Of a DNA stretch of 64,000 bases, positions 1 through 11,191 are shown piece after piece. Where the stretch lies: assembly GCA_963762145.1 (NCBI GenBank), contig CAVXJS010000022.1, positions 64,001 to 128,000 on the forward strand, given 5' to 3'. How positions within the stretch are numbered: the first letter of the stretch is position 1; every line of letters starts with the position of its first letter. Below the pieces are notes generated by a model. The model did no database searches. It saw nothing but the letters and a program-made list of their open reading frames with translations, and was not told the origin of the DNA. This DNA is from an uncultured Candidatus Rokubacteria bacterium (GTDB lineage: Bacteria; Methylomirabilota; Methylomirabilia; Rokubacteriales; CSP1-6). Position numbers and translations under genes: made by a program.

Positions 1-1140
1 CGAGCGCGGCCCAGGTCGCGCGTGATGGCCGCGACGCGGCGCGCCTTCTCGGCGATCCACGGCGCGTCGAGCGCCTCCACGCCCTTGGCGCCGAGCACGA
101 CGACGAGCAAGCGTCCAGATCGCGAGCGCGGCGGCGCCGACGAGCGCCCGAACAGATCGAAGGACGACGGGGCCCGTCGGCCCGGCGCCACGAGAGCGCG
201 GCCGCCGGGGCCAGCGCGCAGCAGAACAGCGACGAGCGGATAGAGCTGGTACTCCCAGCCCTTCCCCTGGAACACGAAGTGGAGCGCAGCCCGTACAGCG
301 CTCCCGCCAGCGCGAGCGCCCTTGTAGGCCGCGCTGCCGCGACGGCGGGGTCGACGAGCGCGAGCACGGCCAGGGCCAGGAGCAGCAGGATCGAGCGGGC
401 GGCCGAAGGCGTGCCCGCTCGATCGCCTGCCACGGAGAGGCGCGGCCGATCGCCGCTGTAGAGCGGAACGACATAGCCGGTGAAGACACCCAGGAAGGAT
501 CCGAGCCCGCCGCGCCAGGCCGAGCCAGCCGAGGGCGAGCGCCGGCACCACCAGGCCGGCGGCGAGCACGACTCCGGCGGCGCGCCAGGCGGACAGGACG
601 CGGGGCCGATCCCGCGGCCGCGATCAGCGACGCAGAGCGCCCAGTAGAGCGCCGCGTGGGGCTTGAGCGTCACGGCCGCGCCGAGCGCGAGCCCGCCCCA
701 GACGAGCGGCGCCGAGCGCGCCGCCCGCTCGGTGCCCCGCGCGACACCCCAGGCGCCGAGCAGGAGAGAAGGGCAGAGCAGGAAGTCGCGCTGGCCAACG
801 CGCCAGGCGCCGCCGCTCAGGTGATAGAGCGCGAACAGCAGCGCCCCGGCCGCCGGCGGCCACCCGTCGCCGATGTGCCGGCAATACGCGCGCGAGAAGA
901 CCGCACGTCGCCGGCGAGCCAGCCGAGATCGAAGAGCCGCCAGGCGAGGTCGCCGGGCCCGCCCACCCGGAGCACGGCCACGTGGAGCAGGTAGACGCCG
1001 GGCAGGTTCATGTCGAACACGTCGCGATACGGCACCGCGCCCTGCGCCGATCAGCCAGGCGATGTAGTGCATCAGCGGCGCGTCGTGGATCAGCGGCCAG
1101 GCGCGCGAGCGCCCAGACCAGGTACGCGAGCGAGCAGCGC
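1..1140 (-). CDS. Membrane glycosyltransferase-like protein (GT-C/ArnT-like), frameshifted, runs off the window edge
   Basis: Minus-strand segments 'WPLIHDAPLMHYIAW...GAVPYRDVFDMNLPG...' and hydrophobic stretches over several frames. Confidence 0.55.
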
Positions 1141-1141
1141 G

Positions 1142-1847
1142 CTAGCGGCCAAAATAAGCTTCAATGACCCGCTCGTCGGCCTGGATGACGCCCGGCGCCC
1201 CCTCGGCCAGCTTCTCGCCGTGATCGAGGACGAACACCGTCTCGCAGAGGCCCATGACCACCTTCATGTCGTGCTCGACGAGCAGCACCGTCTTGCCCTG
1301 GTCGCGCAGCTGCCGCACCGCGTCGAGCAGCTCGTTGAGCAGGGTGCGGTTGACGCCGGCGGCGGGCTCGTCGAGCAGGATCAGCTCGGGATCGGTCATG
1401 AGCACGCGGACGAACTCCACGAGCTTCTGCTGGCCGTAGGAGAGGTTGCCCGCGAACTCGCCGGCGAGCCGCTCGAGCTTCACGAAGCGCAGCAGCTCCC
1501 GGGCGCGGCGCTGCGCCTCCGCGTAGCCCGCGGTCGTCACGACCAGGAGGTTCTCGAGCGCGGTCAGCTCGGGGAAGACCCGGATCACCTGGAACGTGCG
1601 GCCCATGCCGAGATGGAAGATCTGGTGCGGCTTGAGGCCGTCGATGCGCCGGCCCTTGAAGAGGATCTCGCCCTCGTCGGCCCGGTCCACGCCGGTGATG
1701 CAGTTGAACAGCGTGGTCTTGCCCGAGCCGTTGGGCCCGATGAGCCCGTAGATGCGCCCCGGCTCGAGCGCCAGGCGAGACGCCGTCGACCGCGGCGACG
1801 CCGCCGAATCGCTTCACCACCGAGCGGATCTCCAGGATGGGCGCCAT
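1142..1847 (-). CDS. Branched-chain amino acid-type ABC ATP-binding protein (LivG-like), one frameshift near 1775
   Basis: Walker A GPNGSGKT, LSYGQQ signature, LLDEP; ORFs 1161..1847 and 1142..1690 join. Confidence 0.9.
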
Positions 1848-1862
1848 CGGGCGGCCAACCCG

Positions 1863-2785
1863 CTAGATCGTCCGCGGCAGGTTGTACTTCTGCTGGAGCA
1901 CGCCCAGGATCCCGCGGGGCATCAGGAGCACCACCCCCACGATGATCGCGCCGAAGAGGAGCTGGTGGAGGTAGATGAAGCGGGCCCACACCATCTCCTG
2001 GAACGCGAAGAGCACCGCGGCGCCGAGCACCGGCCCCCAGATCGTCCCCTTGCCGCCGAACAGCGCCATCACGATCATGGTGATCGTCATGATCAGGGGG
2101 AACACCAGAGCGGCTCGATGTAGCCCTGGTCGCGCGCGGAGAGCCCGCCCACGATCCCGGGCGCCGCCGCGGAGAGCAGGAACGCGTAGAGCTTGTAGCG
2201 GAAGGTGTCGATCCCCATCGCCTCGGCGGCGACCTCGTCCTCGCGGATGGTCATGAGCCGGAGCCCGAAGCGCGAGGTGACGATGACGTAGGTCGACGCG
2301 CGGTCACCGCCGCCGCCACGAGGCCCATCGCGTAGTAGATCGCCACGCTCGCGTGCAGCGTGGGCAGCGAGAGGCCGTTGCCGCCGCCGGTCAGGCCCTC
2401 GTAGTAGGAGACCACCACCCGCATCACCTCGTTGAGCCCGAGCGTGGCGATCGCGAAGTAGGGCCCCTTCAGCCGCAGGCACGGCCAGCCGATGAGGAAC
2501 GCGAGTCCCGCCGCGACCACGCCGCCGCCCAGGCACGCGAGCGGCCACGTCCAGCCGAGGGCGACGATCAGGATGCTCGAGGCGTAGGCGCCGGTGCCGA
2601 AGAAGACCACGTGGCCGAACGACACGTAGCCGGTGAGCCCCGAGATGAGGTTCCAGGACTGGGCGAGCGCGATCCACATGAAGAGCTGGAGCATCACGCG
2701 GACACCGTAGCCGGTGGCCTGCAGCGGATAGAGGGCGAGGGCCACCGCGAGCACCGCGAGCGCCGACGGGGAACCAGCGCTTCAC
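1863..2785 (-). CDS. ABC permease (LivM-like), frameshifted
   Basis: SWNLISGLTGYVSFGH, LRLKGPYFAIATL, IREDEVAAEAMG and GGKGTIWGPVLGA motifs across frames. Confidence 0.88.
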
Positions 2786-3658
2786 ACGCGCCCCTTCAGC
2801 AGGCCGGTGGGCCGGATCAGGAGCACCACCACCAGCAGCACGTAGGCGACCGCCTCGTTGACCTGGGACGTGAGGAAGAGCGACGCGAGCTGCTCGACGA
2901 GCCCCAGGAGCAGGCCGCCCAGCAGGGCGCCCGGGTAGTTGCCGGCGCCGCCCAGCACGATGACCAGGAACGACTTGAACGTGTAGACCTGGCCCATCTC
3001 GGGCTGGATCGCCACCATCACCGCGACGAGCGAGCCGCCCGCCGCGGCGAGCGCCGAGCCGATCCCGAAGGTGATCAGGTGGATGCGCTGCACGTCGATG
3101 CCGCAGACCTGGGCCACCTCGCGGCTCTGGGACACCGCGCGGATCGCCTTGCCGAGCCGGGTGGACCGGAGGAACACGAAGGCCCCGAGGGTGATCGCGA
3201 TGGCGAAGGCGCAGGTGGCGAGCCGCGGCTTGGACAGGGCGAACGGGCCCAGCACGAAGGAGCCGGTCAGGTACTCCACCGCGCGCAGGTCGGACGTGAA
3301 GGCGAGCTGGGCCAGGTTCACCAGCGCGATCGAGACGCCGAAGGTGAGCAGGAGCGACGACAGCTCGGGCGCGTCCACCACGCGGCGCACGAGGAAGCGC
3401 TGCAGCCCGACGCCGACCAGGAAGAGGAGCGGCATCGAGATCAGCAGGGAGAGGTACGGGATTGAAGCCGATCCACTGGAAGAGCCAGAACGTCGTGTAG
3501 GCCCCCATCATCAGGAGCGGGCCGTGGGCGACGTTGAGCACGCGCATCACGCCGAAGATCAGGCCCAGGCCCAGGGCCACCATCGCGTAGAGGGAACCGG
3601 CGAGGAGGCCCGAGATGACCACCTGGCCGATCATGCTCGGCGTGATCAGGACACCCAC
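2782..3658 (-). CDS. ABC permease (LivH-like), frameshift near 3455
   Basis: YAMVALGLGLIFGVMRVLNVAHG; GKAIRAVSQ; RPTGL C-terminus. Confidence 0.9.
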
Positions 3659-3676
3659 GGGCCCTCCGGAGCATGC

Positions 3677-3706
3677 CCGCGCCCGCCGGAGACCCGGCGG
3701 GCGCGG
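3677..3706. terminator. GC-rich hairpin between the binding-protein and permease genes (terminator or mRNA stabiliser)
   Basis: CCGCGCCCGCCGG-agac-CCGGCGGGCGCGG perfect 13-bp stem. Confidence 0.6.
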
Positions 3707-3713
3707 CGCGGGG

Positions 3714-4904
3714 CTATCGCTTGCTCCACTCCGGCGTCGGGTACCGCATCTTGCCGTTCGATAGATCGTCCGGCCACACCACGATGCGCTTGCCGTCCTG
3801 CCACTGGAGCATGACCATCTTGTGCGCGATCTGGAAGCCGTCAGGCTCGACCTTGTACTCCCCGAACGCGGTCTTGATCTCCATCTTGAGAAGCTGGTCG
3901 CGGACCTTGTCGGCGTCGAGCGTCCCCGCCTTCTTCACCGCCTCCGCGTAGATGAGGCAGCCCGCGTAGCCGGCCGCGGTGTGGTAGGAGGGCTCCTGCC
4001 CCTTGAACTTGGCCTTGTAGGCGGCGAGGAACTCCTTCTGCCCGGGATACGGCAGCGACTCGTCCCACTGGGTGGAGCCGTAGATGTACTCCGCGTTCTG
4101 CTTGAGCAGGTCGTAGAACTCGGGCAGGTCCCCGCCCACCGTGAGCCCGAACATCTTCGGGTTGACGTTGAGCTCCTTCATCTGCCGCGTGATCGCCACC
4201 GCGTCGTCGAAGTAGGTGCCGGCCGCGATCACGTCCGGATTCACCGCCTTGATCTTCACCAGCAGCGCCGAGAAGTCGGTATTCCCCTTCGGGTAGGCCT
4301 CCTGCAGCACCACCTGCATGCCCTTCTTCTTGGCCGCCTCCGCGGTCCCCGCGGCCGACGCCTTGGGGAAGAGCGTGTCCTCGTTGATGATGGCGACCGT
4401 CTTGAGCCCGCGCTTGGCCGCCATGTCGATCAGCCCGTCCAGGTAGTTCTCGGCGGGGGTGATCACCATGAAGATGTACTTGCGGCCCTTCTTGAAGATC
4501 GAGGTGGTGGCCGCGAGCGGCGCCACCATGACCTTCTTGTACTTCTCGGTCACGTTGGCGACCGCCTCGCTCACCGCCGAGGAGTAGGGCCCCATCACCG
4601 CGTCCACCTTGTCCTCGGTGATCAGCTTCTCGTAGAGCCGCACCGCGGTGGCCGGGTTCGACTGATCGTCGTAGATGACGAGCTCGACCTTGCGGCCGAG
4701 GACGCCGCCCTTGGCGTTCAGCTCGTCGATGCAGACGTCGTAGCCTTGCTTCTGGTAGGTGCCGGGCTTGGCGTACGTGCCGGTCACCGACATGGAGGCG
4801 CCGATCTTGATCGGGGTCTGGGCACCTGCGGGCAGCGGGAGCGAGGCGAACACGATGCCGGCGAGGGCCGCCGGGGCCAGACGTTTCCAGGACGTCATCG
4901 TCAT
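3714..4904 (-). CDS. ABC substrate-binding protein (LivK/Peripla_BP_6 family)
   Basis: Signal peptide, IKIGASMSVTG, GGVLGRKVELVIYDD; RBS GGAGG before ATG at 4904. Confidence 0.92.
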   Translation of the reverse strand: MTMTSWKRLAPAALAGIVFASLPLPAGAQTPIKIGASMSVTGTYAKPGTYQKQGYDVCIDELNAKGGVLGRKVELVIYDDQSNPATAVRLYEKLITEDKVDAVMGPYSSAVSEAVANVTEKYKKVMVAPLAATTSIFKKGRKYIFMVITPAENYLDGLIDMAAKRGLKTVAIINEDTLFPKASAAGTAEAAKKKGMQVVLQEAYPKGNTDFSALLVKIKAVNPDVIAAGTYFDDAVAITRQMKELNVNPKMFGLTVGGDLPEFYDLLKQNAEYIYGSTQWDESLPYPGQKEFLAAYKAKFKGQEPSYHTAAGYAGCLIYAEAVKKAGTLDADKVRDQLLKMEIKTAFGEYKVEPDGFQIAHKMVMLQWQDGKRIVVWPDDLSNGKMRYPTPEWSKR

Positions 4905-5044
4905 GTGAATCCTCCTCGGACCTGTCTCGGACGGATGGGGCACGACTGGAATAGCCTTTGTTTTAGCAAACATGCCACGACGAGTCAAGGTTCCCGGCCG
5001 CGACCGCTTGACGCGGGGCGCGCCCCCGTCAATCATGCGCTGTC

Positions 5045-5539
5045 ATGCCCCGAGACGTCCGCCCCGTCCACCACCCCGACAAGCGCCACGTGGATATGCC
5101 CTATGCGCCGGCGCTCCTGGTGCGGCGCGGCAGCCTGCTGTTCCTGTCCGGACTCACCGCGGCCCCCGTCTACCACAGCCATCCGCATCGCGAGGAGGAG
5201 TTCGACCTGCCGCCCCGCATGCGCGAGCAGGCCGTGCTCCTGATGGAGAACCTCAAGACCACGCTCGCCGCGGCGGGCTGTACGCTGGCCGACGTGGTAT
5301 GGGCCACGCGCTATCTCACCGACGTGGCCGAGCAGGACGATCTGAACGCGGTCTGGGCCGCGTATCTGGGCACCCACCGGCCCACCACGACCACCGTCGA
5401 GGTCTCGCGCCTGGCGACACACGCCAACTGCAAGATCGAGATCAGCGTCATCGCGGTAACAGACGACGCAGCCACGGGGGATGTCGAGCACGGTGAGGCG
5501 CAGCCGAAGGCGAGCCGAACGGATACAAAAAAAGCTTAA
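5045..5539 (+). CDS. RidA/YjgF family protein
   Basis: PYAPA..., LFLSG, NLKTTLAAAGCTL.DVV, RPTTTTVEVSRL, KIEISVIA. Confidence 0.85.
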   Translation: MPRDVRPVHHPDKRHVDMPYAPALLVRRGSLLFLSGLTAAPVYHSHPHREEEFDLPPRMREQAVLLMENLKTTLAAAGCTLADVVWATRYLTDVAEQDDLNAVWAAYLGTHRPTTTTVEVSRLATHANCKIEISVIAVTDDAATGDVEHGEAQPKASRTDTKKA

Positions 5540-5581
5540 AGGAAGTAAACGTAAGACCGCTGTCCAGAAGCGCCGCCGCCC

Positions 5582-6475
5582 GTGACCACCCTCGGCTTCG
5601 TCGGCCTCGGCGCGATGGGCGGCCGCATGGCGCGGCGCCTGCTCGACGCCGGCCACTCGCTCTGCGGCTACAACCGCACCGCCGCGAAGGCGGCCGATCT
5701 CGTCCGCGCGGGCATGACCCTCGCCGCCTCACCTCGAGACGTCGCCGAGCGGGCGGACGTGATCTTCACCATGGTCACCGACGACGCCGCCCTGGAAGCG
5801 GTGACGAATGCGCCCGCCGGCCTGCTGGCCGGCTGGCGGCCCGGCGCGATCCTGGTCGAGATGAGCACGGTGAGCCCCGCGGTGGTCGAGCGGCTCGCCG
5901 CCGCGGTCGGGGCGCGCGACGGCGCGCTGCTCGACGCACCGGTCTCCGGCAGCCCCGCCACGCTGGACGCGGGCCAGCTCTCGTTCATGGTCGGCGGCGA
6001 CCCGGCGGTGCTGGAGCGGGCGCGTCCGTACATCGAGGCGATCGGCCCGACCATCACCCACGTCGGACGCGTGGGGCTCGCCAAGAGCATGAAGATCGCG
6101 GTCAACCAGGGCCTCGCGGTCCAGATGCTCGCGTTCGCGGAGGCGGTCCTGCTGGCCGAGAAGGCCGGCATCGACCGCGCCCGCGCGGTGGAGGTATTGC
6201 TCAAGAGCGTGGTGGCCTCCCCGATGGTGAAATACCGCGGCCCCTTCGTCCTCGGCATGCCCCAGGAAGCCTGGTTCGACGTGGACATGATCCAGAAGGA
6301 CCTGCGCCTCGCCCTCGACATGGCCCGCACCTGCGGCGTCGCGCTCCCCAGCGTCGCCCTCACCCACGAGCTCATGACCGCCGCCCGCGGCCTCGGCCTT
6401 GCCCACTACGACTTCGCCGTCGTCTTCGACGTCCTCGCCAACATGAGCGCCCTACCGCCGAGCAAGAAGCTGTAG
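5582..6475 (+). CDS. NAD(P)-dependent beta-hydroxyacid dehydrogenase (3-hydroxyisobutyrate/tartronate semialdehyde reductase family)
   Basis: GFVGLGAMG, DAPVSGS, catalytic K..N (MKIAVN), KDL motif. Confidence 0.9.
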   Translation: MTTLGFVGLGAMGGRMARRLLDAGHSLCGYNRTAAKAADLVRAGMTLAASPRDVAERADVIFTMVTDDAALEAVTNAPAGLLAGWRPGAILVEMSTVSPAVVERLAAAVGARDGALLDAPVSGSPATLDAGQLSFMVGGDPAVLERARPYIEAIGPTITHVGRVGLAKSMKIAVNQGLAVQMLAFAEAVLLAEKAGIDRARAVEVLLKSVVASPMVKYRGPFVLGMPQEAWFDVDMIQKDLRLALDMARTCGVALPSVALTHELMTAARGLGLAHYDFAVVFDVLANMSALPPSKKL

Positions 6476-6528
6476 ATCTTGAGATTCGAGCTTCGTTCGA
6501 CGCTCAGAGAGAACGACAGGACGTCATA

Positions 6529-6684
6529 GGTTCGGGCGGGTGGGGCGGGGGGCGCTCCCGGGGACCGTGTCTTCTGCGGGATATCGAAGCCGGCACGTCC
6601 CATCTCGTGGCTCGATCGAGACGGCAGCACGGGTCGCGACTCAGCGTGTCCCCGGGAGCGGCCCCCGCCCCGCCCGCCCGAACC
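6529..6684. repeat. 37-bp inverted repeat (35/37 match) enclosing an 82-bp spacer, between convergent genes
   Basis: GGTTCGGGCGGGTGGGGCGGGGGGCGCTCCCGGGGAC at 6529-6565, complement at 6648-6684. Confidence 0.8.
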
Positions 6685-6694
6685 GCGCGCCGAG

Positions 6695-7417
6695 CTAGGG
6701 CTCCTCGCGCGCCTCGTACCGGAGCGCGCGCGCTTGCATCCATCGCACCGCGAGCAGATCCTCGAACGCGACGAACGCCCGGTTTCGAATGCCGTAGTGC
6801 GACACGCCGAACCGCCGCGCGCGATGGCTGACGGGCAGCTCGAGCACGCGGCAGCCCGCCATCCGCAGCAGCGTCGGCACAAATCGATGGAAGCCGCGGA
6901 ACCGCGGCAGGCACGAGAGGCAATCGCGCCGCATCACGCGCAGGGTGCAGGCGCTGTCGTGCACGTCCTCCCGGGTGATCGCGTTCCGCACCGCGTTGGC
7001 CACGCGCGAGGAGACCCGCTTGAGCCAGGGATCGTCCCGCCGCTGGCGCCAGCCGGTCACCGCGTCGTAGCCGTCGAGGTGGGCGAGCATGCGCGGGATG
7101 TCGCGCGGGTCGTTCTGCAGATCGCTGTCCATCGTGACCACGATGCGCCCGCGCGCCCGCGAGAAGCCGGCGTCCAGCGCCACCGAGAGCCCGCCGTTGC
7201 CGGCCAGACGGAGCAGGCGCACGCGCGCGTCGCGCGCGTGAAGGCTCCGCGCGACCGCGGCGGTGGTGTCGGTGCTGCCGTCGTCCACGATGATGACCTC
7301 CGCCGCGCGCCCGATCGCGTCGAGGACCGGGCCGAGCTCGGCCCAGACCTGGGGCAGGCTCTCCTCCTCGTTGAAGGCGGGCAGGAGCACCGACAGCTCC
7401 GGCGCGGCGTGGCTCAC
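6695..7417 (-). CDS. GT2 polyprenol-phosphate glycosyltransferase (ArnC/DPM1-like)
   Basis: LSVLLPAFNEE, VDDGSTD, MDSDLQNDP, FHRFVP; GTGA overlap with the upstream gene. Confidence 0.9.
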   Translation of the reverse strand: MSHAAPELSVLLPAFNEEESLPQVWAELGPVLDAIGRAAEVIIVDDGSTDTTAAVARSLHARDARVRLLRLAGNGGLSVALDAGFSRARGRIVVTMDSDLQNDPRDIPRMLAHLDGYDAVTGWRQRRDDPWLKRVSSRVANAVRNAITREDVHDSACTLRVMRRDCLSCLPRFRGFHRFVPTLLRMAGCRVLELPVSHRARRFGVSHYGIRNRAFVAFEDLLAVRWMQARALRYEAREEP

Positions 7418-8958
7418 GGGCGGGGCCCCAGCAGCAGCATACGGTCGCGGCCCACCCGGCCGGCGAGCAGCACCTGCCAGCGCGCCTCGTTGGCCGCGCG
7501 CATCTTCTCCCACCGCTCCTCGCGCATCAGCACCACGTCCCCGGGGGCCGGCGCGGCGAGCTGTGCCTCCAGATCGGCGAGACGCACCAGCTCGTGGATC
7601 GACCGGCGCAGGTAGAAATCATGGGCGAGCCCCGCGTCGAGGTGCGTAATGACGCGGGCATCGGGGGGCAGTCGCTCGGCCACTGCCGCGGTGAAGCCGC
7701 GGATGTTGCTGCGCTCGGCGTAGCGTCCCGGATAGATCCAGCCCTCCACGGTCAGGATACCGCCGACCGCGAGCGCCAGCGCCACGATGGCGGCGAGTCC
7801 CGACCCCCGGACGGCCAGCAGCGCCAGCGCGGCCGCGGGGCCGGCCACCGCCAGCCCGGCGATGACCGTGCGCGGCCAGCCGGGCGGCGGCACGAACGTC
7901 TCGCTCCCCGGCGCGGTCCGGAGCAGGACAACCGCGGCCGCCGCCGCCAGCACCACGCCGACGGAGAGTGACCCCAGCAGCACCCGCCGGCCCCGCCGGG
8001 TCGGATCGAGCGGCGCGCGCGCCAGCAGCTCCGCCACCAGCAGCGCCAGCGGCGGCAGCACCGGCAGAAAATACCGCGCCCGCTGCTCGCTGGACAGGCT
8101 GACCGCCACCGCGGTGACCAGGGTCCACACCAGGAGCGGCCGACGCCGCGGATCGCGATCGCGCCACCACCACCAGAGCCCGGCCGGCAGCATGAGCGTC
8201 CAGGGCAGGAACCGCACCAGATTCTCCTGCAGCGACTCGATCCGAGACGAGCCGGTCCGCTCGCGGAAGTACCAGTCGCCGTAGTGGCCGACCACGACAC
8301 CGCCGACGTAGCTCCGCTCGGTCTGCAGGAGATAGGGCAGGAGCCACGGCAGGCTCGCCAGCGCGAGGATGCCGATCCCCACCGGCAGACGCAGCCACCG
8401 AAGACCGCGCCACCAGCCGTCCTCGATCGAGACGAGGGCGATCGCGGCCAGCAGCCCCATCAGAGCCGCGGGGCCCTTGGTGGCGAGCGCGCCGGCCAGG
8501 CAGAGGTAGAAGCCGATCAGGCGCGGAAGGGGAGCGGGCGCCTGCCGCGCGGTCAGCAGGAAGTAGAGCGCCCACATGAGCCACGCGGTCATCATCATGT
8601 CGGAGAAGACCTGGTGCGACATGAAGTAGAAGAACGGCACGGTGGCGAGCACGAGCGCGGCGGCGAGCCCGACGCTCCGCCCCCAGAGCCGTCGGCCGAT
8701 CGCGATGACCGCGAGGAGCGTGGCGAGGGCGGCGACCACGGAGGCGATCGGCGCGGTGGCGTCGTTCACGACCCCGAAGGGCTTGGCGAGCACCGCGACG
8801 GTCCAGAAGTAGAGCGGCGGCTTGTTCAGGTAGATCACGCCGCGCACCCGGGGCAGCAGCCAGTGGTGCGACTCGACCGCCTCCCGGGCGAGCAAGGCGA
8901 AGCGCGCCTCGTCCTGGTTGGAGAGCGGGCGACGCCCCACCGGCAAGGCGAACACCAC
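7414..8958 (-). CDS. GT39/ArnT-like membrane glycosyltransferase (true start probably near 9010)
   Basis: DEARFA, YLNKPPLYFW, LATKGP, RYFLP; many TM segments. Confidence 0.88.
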   Translation of the reverse strand: MVFALPVGRRPLSNQDEARFALLAREAVESHHWLLPRVRGVIYLNKPPLYFWTVAVLAKPFGVVNDATAPIASVVAALATLLAVIAIGRRLWGRSVGLAAALVLATVPFFYFMSHQVFSDMMMTAWLMWALYFLLTARQAPAPLPRLIGFYLCLAGALATKGPAALMGLLAAIALVSIEDGWWRGLRWLRLPVGIGILALASLPWLLPYLLQTERSYVGGVVVGHYGDWYFRERTGSSRIESLQENLVRFLPWTLMLPAGLWWWWRDRDPRRRPLLVWTLVTAVAVSLSSEQRARYFLPVLPPLALLVAELLARAPLDPTRRGRRVLLGSLSVGVVLAAAAAVVLLRTAPGSETFVPPPGWPRTVIAGLAVAGPAAALALLAVRGSGLAAIVALALAVGGILTVEGWIYPGRYAERSNIRGFTAAVAERLPPDARVITHLDAGLAHDFYLRRSIHELVRLADLEAQLAAPAPGDVVLMREERWEKMRAANEARWQVLLAGRVGRDRMLLLGPRP

Positions 8959-9009
8959 GAGGGCACACAGCAGCAGCAGCGCGGTGAGCGCCGCCGAAGC
9001 GGGCGCGAC

Positions 9010-9897
9010 TCAGAGCACCCCCACGCGCCGCGCTCGCTCCGCGATCTTGCGGGCCCGGGTGAGATGCGGCATGTCCATCATCTGCCCCTTCCACGCGAAG
9101 GCCCCCGCGCCCCGCCGCGCCTGCTCCTCGAAGGCGGCGATGAGGGCCACCGCCTCTTCCGCGTCCGCCCGGGACGGCGTGAACTCCGCGTTGATCACCT
9201 CGATCTGGCTCGGGTGGATCGAGATCTTGCCGCTGAAGCCCATCGCGACGCCGTCCCGGCATTCGCGGCGCGAGGCCGTCCAGGTCCGGGATGTCGGTGA
9301 AGACCGTGTCGATCGCTTCCACGCCCGCGGCCGAGGCGGCCACCGCGCACATCACGCGCGCGTAGCGGGGGATGTCGAGGTAGCGGCCCTCCGCGTCGCG
9401 GGTCCGCGGCAGGCCCATGGCCGCCGAGAGGTCCTCGATGCCCCAGGAGACGGCGACGATGCGCGGGCTCGCGCCCGCGATCTCCTTGATGTTGAGCAGG
9501 CCCTCGGGCGTCTCGGTGGCGATCAGGACCAGCCGCGTGGAGCCGAACGGGCATCCCGTGGCGCTGCTCGAGCCCGTCGAGCATGGCGGCGACGCGGCGG
9601 ACGTCCTCGGCCCGGCGCGGCTTCGGCACCACGTAGCCGTCGGGCCGGCCCGCCGATGGTCTCGGCCAGGTCGGCCTCCGCGTGCTCGGTGAAGACGGGA
9701 TTCATGCGGACCCAGCGCTCGCGGCCGCCGAAATCGAGCGTCTCGAGCCACCGCCGCACGATGGGCCGGGTGGCCGCCTTGCGGTCGGGCGTCACCGCGT
9801 CCTCGAGGTCCAGGATCAGGCCATCGGCGGGGAGGGTGAGCGCCTTGGCGATCATCTTCTCGTTGCCGCCGGGCACGAAGTGGAGCGATCGTCGCAT
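9010..9897 (-). CDS. CoA ester lyase (CitE/HpcH-HpaI family), frameshifted
   Basis: RRSLHFVPG, ILDLEDAV, VRMN, ETPEG, GFSGKISIHPSQI, GQMMDMPH. Confidence 0.88.
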
Positions 9898-9914
9898 GCG
9901 GAGGATCGACTCCC

Positions 9915-10367
9915 TCAGGCGCTCCGGCGACGCATCATGGCGGCGCGGCGGCAGGTCATCACCACATCGCCGTGCTGGTTGCGCGCCCGGTGCTCGAAGA
10001 TCACGATGCCCCACTGCGGCCGCGACTTCGACTCCCGCTTCTCGACGACCTCGGTCTCCGAGTAGATGGTGTCGCCGTGGAAGACCGGCTTCGGGAACTC
10101 GACCTTCTCGAAGCCCAGGTTGCCGACGGTGGTGCCGAGCGTGGTCTCGCCGACGCTCAGGCCGACCGCGATGCCGAGCGTGAGCAGGCTGTTGACGAGC
10201 GGCTTGCCGAACTCCGCCGTCTGGGCCGCGTGGAAGTCGACGTGCAGCGGCTGCGGGTTCATGGTGAGGCAGGAGAAGAACACGTTGTCCGACTCGGTGA
10301 TGGTGCGTCCGGGCTGGTGCTTGTAGACCTGACCCGGCTCGAGCTCCTCGAACAGCTTGCCCGGCAT
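9915..10367 (-). CDS. MaoC family (R)-enoyl-CoA hydratase/dehydratase
   Basis: [11 protein letters not shown]...NPQPLH; [10 protein letters not shown]; NQHG. Confidence 0.9.
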   Translation of the reverse strand: MPGKLFEELEPGQVYKHQPGRTITESDNVFFSCLTMNPQPLHVDFHAAQTAEFGKPLVNSLLTLGIAVGLSVGETTLGTTVGNLGFEKVEFPKPVFHGDTIYSETEVVEKRESKSRPQWGIVIFEHRARNQHGDVVMTCRRAAMMRRRSA

Positions 10368-10401
10368 CGTCTTCTCCGCTCTCGGAGCTGGGCGGGACGG
10401 C

Positions 10402-11073
10402 TCAGCGCGCGGGAGCGCGGACGGCGTCCAGCTCCGCGAGCACGCGGGCGCTCGAATCCACCCTCCCGAGCAGCCGCTGGAAGTTCTGGCACGCCGCCTC
10501 GTGGAGCGGCCGGCTGGCCGCGCCGCAGCCGTCCTCCACGAGCAGGCAGCGGAAGCCGCGGTCGGCCGCGTCCCGCGCGGTGCCCTCGACGCACGAGTTG
10601 GTGGACACGCCGGTGAAGACGAGCTGGTCCACGCCCCACGCCCGCACGAGCCGCTCGAAGCCCGAGGAGTGGAACGCGCTCATCGTGGTCTTGTTGAGCA
10701 CGGGCTCGTGCGGCCGGGGCGCGAGCGCGTCCAGGATCTCGTGCTCGCGCCGGCCCCGCGTGTTGCCCACCGCCTCCGCCATCGGCCGCATGTGGGCCGG
10801 CAGGTCGCTGTAGTCGGGCAGCTCCGAGCCCACCGTGAGGAAGACCACCCGAAGGCTTCGCTCGCGGAATGCGGCGAGCAGCCGCTGGATGGTGGGAACC
10901 AGCACCGTCTCGATGCGATCGAAGCGCTCGGTTCCCTGGGCCTCGCGCCCTTGATCCTTCAGGAGCCGGCCCAGGCCCTCGTGGCGCGAGCCGCTCGCGT
11001 ACTGCATGTCCACCACCACCAGCGCCACCCGGGCCGGATCGAGCTGGAAGCCCGGATTGAACTGGCTGCGCAT
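10402..11073 (-). CDS. Isochorismatase family cysteine hydrolase
   Basis: [28 protein letters not shown] (D-K-C triad). Confidence 0.9.
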   Translation of the reverse strand: MRSQFNPGFQLDPARVALVVVDMQYASGSRHEGLGRLLKDQGREAQGTERFDRIETVLVPTIQRLLAAFRERSLRVVFLTVGSELPDYSDLPAHMRPMAEAVGNTRGRREHEILDALAPRPHEPVLNKTTMSAFHSSGFERLVRAWGVDQLVFTGVSTNSCVEGTARDAADRGFRCLLVEDGCGAASRPLHEAACQNFQRLLGRVDSSARVLAELDAVRAPAR

Positions 11074-11125
11074 AGTCCGGCGACCCGCAGCCGGAGGCGA
11101 GGGGAGCGGATACATGATCCGTGGC

Positions 11126-11162
11126 TCCCTCTCCCCTCTGGGGAGAGGGCCGGGGTGAGGGG
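11126..11162. repeat. BoxC/REP-like palindromic intergenic repeat, copy 1
   Basis: CTCCCTCTCCCC-tct-GGGGAGAGGG-CCGGGGTGAGGGG; related copy at 26975. Confidence 0.75.
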
Positions 11163-11191
11163 CTCACAGCGGGACGGCCATGGCGGCGGGT

